From positions 1 through 57,953 of the forward strand of contig CAMDJN010000003.1 in NCBI GenBank assembly GCA_945900795.1: 57,953 nucleotides of DNA, written 5' to 3'. Made by a program: the position numbers and the translations under genes. Numbering within the stretch: position 1 is the first letter of the stretch; each line of letters opens with the position of its first letter. Under the pieces are notes generated by a model. The model was not told the origin of the DNA, ran no database searches, and saw only the letters and a program-made list of their open reading frames with translations. This DNA is from Rickettsia typhi. GTDB lineage: Bacteria > Pseudomonadota > Alphaproteobacteria > Rickettsiales > UBA1997. This document shows positions 53,098 through 57,953 of this stretch, in pieces.

Positions 53098-53807
53098 TTA
53101 AACTTCCTCTCAATATTTTTTATCATGATTTCGTTTTTTACTCGCAGCAAAGAAAGAAAAACAAAATATGAAAAATAGGTTCCAAATGTTAGTAGAAGAG
53201 GTTTGAGCATTGCAGCATCAATTGCCACTCCTCCGCTTCTAAGAATACTGGCTGGCTGATGTAAGCTGTTCCAATATTCTACCGAAAATTTGATAATTGG
53301 CACATTGATGAAGCCAACGATTGAAATGATTGCTGCAATTTTTTCTCCCTTCGCCTTGTCATCAAATGAGTCGAGAAGGATGATGTATCCGAGGTAAAGA
53401 AAAAATAAAATTAAAACCGAGGTAAGACGCGCATCAAAGACCCACCACGTGCCCCAGATTGGCTTTCCCCAAATGCTTCCAGTAACCAGAGTGACGAGGG
53501 TAAAAGATGCGCCGATTACAGCAATTGATTTGGCGATTAGGTAAAAAAATGGATTTTTCCAAATGAAGCCGGAGATGTTAAAAATTGCCATTAACGTATA
53601 AATCAAAAGCGCCATCCAGGCGGCTGGGACATGAACATACATAATTTTAACAGCATTACCCTGCTGGTAATCTGGGGGTGAGAAGAAAATGGCTGGAACA
53701 GCAAATGCAGAAAAAGTTAAAAAACAAAACAAAGAAAATGGCAGAAAAAAACGAAAATTCTTTTCGAAATTTTTGAATTCAAAAAGTGCTTTTATCATTC
53801 TGAGCAA
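53094..53807 (-). CDS. ccmC: Heme exporter CcmC
   Basis: [29 protein letters not shown]. Confidence 0.96.
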   Translation of the reverse strand: MLRMIKALFEFKNFEKNFRFFLPFSLFCFLTFSAFAVPAIFFSPPDYQQGNAVKIMYVHVPAAWMALLIYTLMAIFNISGFIWKNPFFYLIAKSIAVIGASFTLVTLVTGSIWGKPIWGTWWVFDARLTSVLILFFLYLGYIILLDSFDDKAKGEKIAAIISIVGFINVPIIKFSVEYWNSLHQPASILRSGGVAIDAAMLKPLLLTFGTYFSYFVFLSLLRVKNEIMIKNIERKFK

Positions 53808-54790
53808 ACTCTTAATCTATTCATATAAATTGTCGCTCCAACGGCATTTAGATTCTCATTACCATTGCTAATTTTATATCTTCCGCCTCGCGCAATCGGA
53901 TAAGCAAAATCCCCACAAAAAACATCGAAAGAAATTTCAGAATGGTAGGATGATTCCCGATCACCAAAAATATCAAAACGAACTTCAACATTTAAAAAAC
54001 TTTTTATTGCGTTAGAAATTTTTTCTACTTTTTGCAGACGTTTTTTTATTTCCGTGACAATTTTTTCTGATTTTATTTGGGTAGAAATTTCTGGAACTAG
54101 CTCTTCAAGATTATGATTCTGAAGCGCTATTTTACTGATTATGTCGCCATTCTTTCCTGCCAATTTTTTGATCATGGATATATTTTTTTTCATCACTGCG
54201 TCATGAAGCATAGCGTGATTCTGATCATTTTTTGACATAACTTCTTCAAGAAAAATTCCTAAAAAATCAGGACAAGAAAATTCGATGAGTAAATTTTTAT
54301 GCTCAATTTTTCCTAGATCAATTTTTCTCAGAACAGATAGTAGAACTCTGATAATTTCTGCGTTATGTTCATTGTCATTACATCCGATAATCTCAACTCC
54401 AACCTGGGTTTGTTGACGATCAGAATAAAGATTTTCACTTTCTGCACAAAGCACATCTCCGACATAACAAAGTTTTAGTGGTAACGTTTCTTGTCTGAAG
54501 CGAGTGGCGAGAAGTCTTGATATTTGTGGCGTGATGTCGTTACGAAAGATTAAGTTTTTTCCAGAAATTGTATCGATTGCATGAAAAGCATTTTGCTCTT
54601 TTTTGTTTGCAAAGCCTGAGATTGTTGACTCAAACTCAACCAGCGGGGTCTTGATAAGATTAAATCCGGCGGCAAAAAATATATCCAAAGCAAGATTGAT
54701 ATTCTGATGATTTTTTTTTGCCTCATCAAACAAAAGATCGTAGAAACCAACCGGTAAAAGATGTTGTGAGTTGTTTTGTGAAGAAGGCAT
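53795..54790 (-). CDS. hisZ: ATP phosphoribosyltransferase regulatory subunit
   Basis: LPVGFYD, RNDITPQISR, QVGVEIIG, RGGRY. HisS-like without anticodon domain. Confidence 0.85.
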   Translation of the reverse strand: MPSSQNNSQHLLPVGFYDLLFDEAKKNHQNINLALDIFFAAGFNLIKTPLVEFESTISGFANKKEQNAFHAIDTISGKNLIFRNDITPQISRLLATRFRQETLPLKLCYVGDVLCAESENLYSDRQQTQVGVEIIGCNDNEHNAEIIRVLLSVLRKIDLGKIEHKNLLIEFSCPDFLGIFLEEVMSKNDQNHAMLHDAVMKKNISMIKKLAGKNGDIISKIALQNHNLEELVPEISTQIKSEKIVTEIKKRLQKVEKISNAIKSFLNVEVRFDIFGDRESSYHSEISFDVFCGDFAYPIARGGRYKISNGNENLNAVGATIYMNRLRVCSE

Positions 54791-54807
54791 ATACCAAATC
54801 TGATTTA

Positions 54808-54984
54808 ACCCATATCCGTCATTAGAATCATTCAGAATTTCGCTAACCTACGTCAGGCAGGGTTGGTTTGTGAGAACCGAAGCGGAATGTATCAGTGATA
54901 CATGAGCATCGGAAGCGGAGCAAACTGACCTTGTCTGGCGTGAGTTAGTAGAAATTATGGGTGGTTCTAATGACGGATCTGGGT
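54808..54984. repeat. RPE-like palindromic miniature element, family C (177 bp)
   Basis: IRs ACCCATATCCGTCATTAGAATCA / TGGTTCTAATGACGGATCTGGGT, TTA duplicated on both sides, core ATGTATC-AGT-GATACAT. Confidence 0.85.
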
Positions 54985-55089
54985 TTAACATACCGATCTT
55001 TTTTATCAGATTCGGTATATCGGGGATCCCCGCAAGTTGTTTAATCTTTGGGGGGCGCGACTCGTGTCGCGTACAAAATAAAAACTTAT

Positions 55090-55230
55090 GGGAGCCTCTA
55101 AAAATTGCTTTTTTTGTAAATTTTGTCGTTACCAAATTTTCTCGCGAGCACGTACCTCTGAGTACGCTTACCTGTTCGAAAATTTGTTGCCTAAAAATTT
55201 CTCAAAAAAATCTAATTTTTAGAGGCTCCC
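55090..55230 (-). repeat. RPE-like family B element (141 bp)
   Basis: IRs GGGAGCCTCTAAAAATT / AATTTTTAGAGGCTCCC. Core shared with 36337-36480. Confidence 0.88.
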
Positions 55231-55268
55231 TTACCCAACCAACTTCTTGAAGTTTGTTGGGTATAAAA

Positions 55269-55559
55269 CTATTCAATTACTTTTGGTGTTGAGAAATATC
55301 CATACATGGCATCTTTTGCATTTTTTAAAATATCGTCCGCGATATTACCCGCCAACACTTCATCTCGATTTAGTCGCAAAGAATCATTGCCAACAGCAAC
55401 TAGTGGATCAATGTTTGTGGTATCAACTTTGTTCAACCTTTCGGCTAAGGCTATGATTTTTCCAACTTGTTGCGAGAGTTCTGACAGCTCCTCTTCTTTC
55501 ACCTCAATACGAGCCAGACGAGAAAGTTTTTTTATTTCTTCTGAAGTAATTTGTGACAT
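55269..55559 (-). CDS. gatC: Asp/Glu-tRNA amidotransferase subunit C
   Basis: KKLSRLARI...VDT..IDPL...YFSTPKVIE. Confidence 0.93.
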   Translation of the reverse strand: MSQITSEEIKKLSRLARIEVKEEELSELSQQVGKIIALAERLNKVDTTNIDPLVAVGNDSLRLNRDEVLAGNIADDILKNAKDAMYGYFSTPKVIE

Positions 55560-55579
55560 GTTCTTAAATAAATTTTATT

Positions 55580-56089
55580 GTGACGGTTTTTAAAGATTTA
55601 CATAATGTCAAAGAGCTTCTACCGGCAAAGGGACGCTTGCTAAGTCTTGATGTTGGAACAAAAAGAATTGGCATTGCAATGTCTGACGAAACAAGGCTGG
55701 TCGCAACTCCGAAACTGATTCTAAAACGTCAGGGAAATCAAAATGATTTTACCAAAATCGCAAACATTATCTACGAAAATAGCATTGTTGCAATTATCGT
55801 TGGGTGGCCCATCAATCTCGACGGCTCTTCAAGTCAGATGTCTGATTTCGTGGAAAGATTTTCTGAAGGGCTAGATGTGTTTTTGAAAGGGGGGGTAGAA
55901 AAAAAAGAATTCTATCAAAATATTTATCTTCTAGATGAAGGGCTTAGCAGCTTTGCAGCCAGGGGCATCAACAATGCCAAATCATCCCGTGCAAAGAATG
56001 AGTTTTATGACGACATAGCAGCTGCGGTGATTTTGCAGGATTTTTTATTTTTGCTAGAGGATGTGACGGAGCCCCTCACCTCAAACTAA
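55580..56089 (+). CDS. ruvX: YqgF/RuvX nuclease
   Basis: LDVGTKRIGIAMSD, VGWP, DEGLSS, DDIAAAVILQ. Confidence 0.92.
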   Translation: MTVFKDLHNVKELLPAKGRLLSLDVGTKRIGIAMSDETRLVATPKLILKRQGNQNDFTKIANIIYENSIVAIIVGWPINLDGSSSQMSDFVERFSEGLDVFLKGGVEKKEFYQNIYLLDEGLSSFAARGINNAKSSRAKNEFYDDIAAAVILQDFLFLLEDVTEPLTSN

Positions 56090-56127
56090 AAAATAGCAAA
56101 AATTATTGTTCTAAAAAGTCACCCTAA

Positions 56128-56287
56128 GAGCCTGTCTAGCATCTTTTTAAGCCCCAGATTTTGGCATGTTTTTAGCGCTTTTTTGACAAAATTACGACAC
56201 GTATCTGGAAATACGTCAAGTAATTTTGTTAAAAAATCAGCAAACACAGGACGGAATCTGGGGCTTAAAAAGATGCTAGACAGGTTC
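56128..56287. repeat. Palindromic miniature element, family D (160 bp)
   Basis: 33-bp IRs GAGCCTGTCTAGCATCTTTTTAAGCCCCAGATT (1 mismatch), TAA on both flanks, inner hairpin with core ACGTAT-N6-ATACGT. Confidence 0.9.
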
Positions 56288-56298
56288 TAAGGCTTACG

Positions 56299-56345
56299 TG
56301 GTGGGTGATAGAAGACTCGAACTTCCGACCTCTACGATGTCAACG
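56299..56345 (-). repeat. att site: 3' half of tRNA-Val(GAC)
   Basis: Minus strand CGTTGACATCGTAGAGGTCGGAAGTTCGAGTCTTCTATCACCCACCA. D-arm and 5' acceptor strand are absent. Confidence 0.88.
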
Positions 56346-56473
56346 CTAAGTTCCTTATTTTAACCAAGTTTAATAAATCTTTCTAAAGATAAACGAAGCT
56401 TGATTTTGTAAGGCTTTGTTCCAACTATGGACTTAATGAACTTTAACAAAGAATCATTATTTTTACCGTAAAT

Positions 56474-56491
56474 GGTAGCACATAGGTAGCA
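56474..56491. promoter_or_regulatory. Putative integrase arm-type sites (2x GGTAGCA, 11-bp period)
   Basis: GGTAGCACATAGGTAGCA lies between the att and the integrase start. Confidence 0.5.
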
Positions 56492-56495
56492 TAAC

Positions 56496-57790
56496 ATGAC
56501 ATCAGAACTGACGTTCAATTTCACCCAAGATAAGCTTTTAAAAATAACGCCTCCCGAAGTAAATAGAGATATTTACAAGGACACGAAAGAAAAAGGGCTT
56601 ATCCTGATAGTTTCGTATGGTGGTAGTAAGATTTTTTATTTCTACAAAAAAATCCAAGGCAAGCCCTACAGAATGAAGATTGGAGCTTTTCCCGATTTAT
56701 CCATTGGTGAGGCAAGAGATAAGGTTGTGGAGCTTAAAAACCAGGTTGCGAAAGGTGGTAATCCAGCGGAGGACAGAAACAAACTATCTAACGAAATGAC
56801 CTTTAAGCAACTCTTCGACAAATACATCGAGGAGTATGCGAAGCATAACACCAAAAGCTGGAAAGATGATATTGCTGAGATGGACAGGAAGCCACTCACT
56901 TCTACAAAGTAAAAATCTCCAACATCACTCGCGATGATATCAACAAGCTCTTCAACAACCTAACTAAAAACACCGGCAAGGGTGGAGCCAATCGTTTCTT
57001 GGATAGATTAAGGGCTGTATTCAATAAGGCGAAAGAGTGGGGATGGGAAGGCGTTAACCCAACCGCCGGCATCAAAAAACATAAACAAAAATCTCGCGAC
57101 AGATATTTAACATCCGAAGAAATGCCAAAATTCTTTGAAGCACTTAACGAGCTAAATCACGACACAATAAAAGACTTTATTTGGATCGCGCTTCTCACTG
57201 GCGCTCGCAAGTCCAACATCCTTTCCATGGAATGGCAGCACGTTAATTTTAAAGATAAAAGTTGGTATCTTCCCGATACTAAAAATGATACTTCACAGCT
57301 GATACCGCTGGTTGAAGAGGCTTTAGATATTCTTAAAAATCGCTTTAAAACCAAGAACAGCAAGTGGGTTTTTCCGAGTAAAATGAGTGAGTCTGGACAT
57401 TTAGAAGAGCCAAAAAAGGTGTGGAAAAGAGTGTTACAAAATGCGACATGCAAGATTTGGCTAACCAATGCAGATCTACGCGAAACCATAAAAAGAGCTC
57501 AGACAAACGCTTCTATTTCCTCAGACGCAGAGCTCTTTGCTGCCATCAAAAAACAAGCAAAAAAAGATGGGGCGGAACTTCCAACCGGAATTGTCGATGT
57601 GCGTTTTCATGATTTACGCAGAACACTTGGAAGCTGGTTAGCACGCACCGGTGCAAGTCAATACATCATAGGAAAAACCCTCAATCACAAAAGCCCTAAA
57701 TCAACCGCTGTTTATGCTAGGCTTAGCATTGATCCAGTTAGAACATCAATGAAGGAAGCTATTCAAATGATGCATAGTGGAAAGAAGTAG
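56496..57790 (+). pseudogene. P4-like tyrosine integrase with a one-base frameshift near 56890
   Basis: The N-part has the arm-binding domain (GL.L.VS..GSK.F...IG.FPDLS..EAR). The C-part has TGARKSN, FHDLRRT, LNH, VYARL. The two frames overlap only at 56879-56909. Confidence 0.85.
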
Positions 57791-57808
57791 GATGCCTTTT
57801 TGAACAGG

Positions 57809-57953
57809 GGTGAGTTCAATCTCCTAGCGCAACTTTACATCGTTGTTAACCTCAAAAGGTTTACAACAATTAAAGTGCGCAATCATGACCAAAAACTACA
57901 CTCGGATTTCTCTTTGTGAACGAGAAATAATTTACAAACTCAACCTTGAGAAA
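57809..57953 (+). mobile_element. IS30-family left end with start of transposase (runs off the window)
   Basis: ATG at 57885 reads MTKNYTRISLCEREIIYKLNLEK. Inverted copy of 1-138. Confidence 0.8.

Larger units (their letters stand above)
54790..55265 (-). repeat. Composite repeat, copy 5, carrying two nested insertions
   Basis: Removing 54808-54984 and 55090-55230 restores a near-exact inverted copy of 36177-36329. Confidence 0.9.

Noticed and set aside
54848-55250. ORFs 54848-55135 and 54957-55250 (also 36218-36446 and 22745-23002)
   Set aside because: They lie entirely or largely in palindromic repeat DNA, with no protein-like motifs.
56299-56345. Functional tRNA-Val
   Set aside because: Only the 3' 47 nt are present, so it is an att remnant. 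The same applies to the tRNA-Lys piece at 270-314.
56879-56909. Programmed ribosomal frameshift in the integrase
   Set aside because: No X XXY YYZ slippery site or stimulatory hairpin is evident. A mutation or assembly error is simpler.

Overview
A 58-kb AT-rich chromosomal segment, most likely from a Rickettsiales-like alphaproteobacterium. This placement is an inference from gene style (addA, cobT, yejB, short proS), and the genome still carries leuA, hisZ, bioF and pstAC. Both termini are the same 138-bp IS30-type left end in inverted orientation, each reading outward. The left copy disrupts an mntP-like gene, and a diverged third copy sits at 33.4 kb. Positions 256-8676 are an intact 8.4-kb satellite-like island integrated at tRNA-Lys(CTT). 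It encodes a tyrosine integrase, an AlpA-like protein, a wHTH protein, a RepA-like AAA helicase, a TerS-like protein and a Fic protein. It also carries a methylase-less module: a controller protein with C-boxes, an HsdR_N-like nuclease and a membrane Zn-ribbon protein. A second island begins at a tRNA-Val 3' fragment (56.3 kb) with a frameshifted integrase. The core between them is housekeeping genes in scrambled order (nuo genes in three places) plus four more tRNAs. The intergenic DNA carries several families of miniature palindromic elements. One is a modular hairpin-connector-hairpin repeat with interchangeable TATACC...GGTATA hairpins and a covarying connector stem. Three others are RPE-like elements of about 140-180 bp. 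These elements nest inside one another and supply the C-termini of two proteins. All calls come from reading the sequence and recalled motifs; no searches were run.
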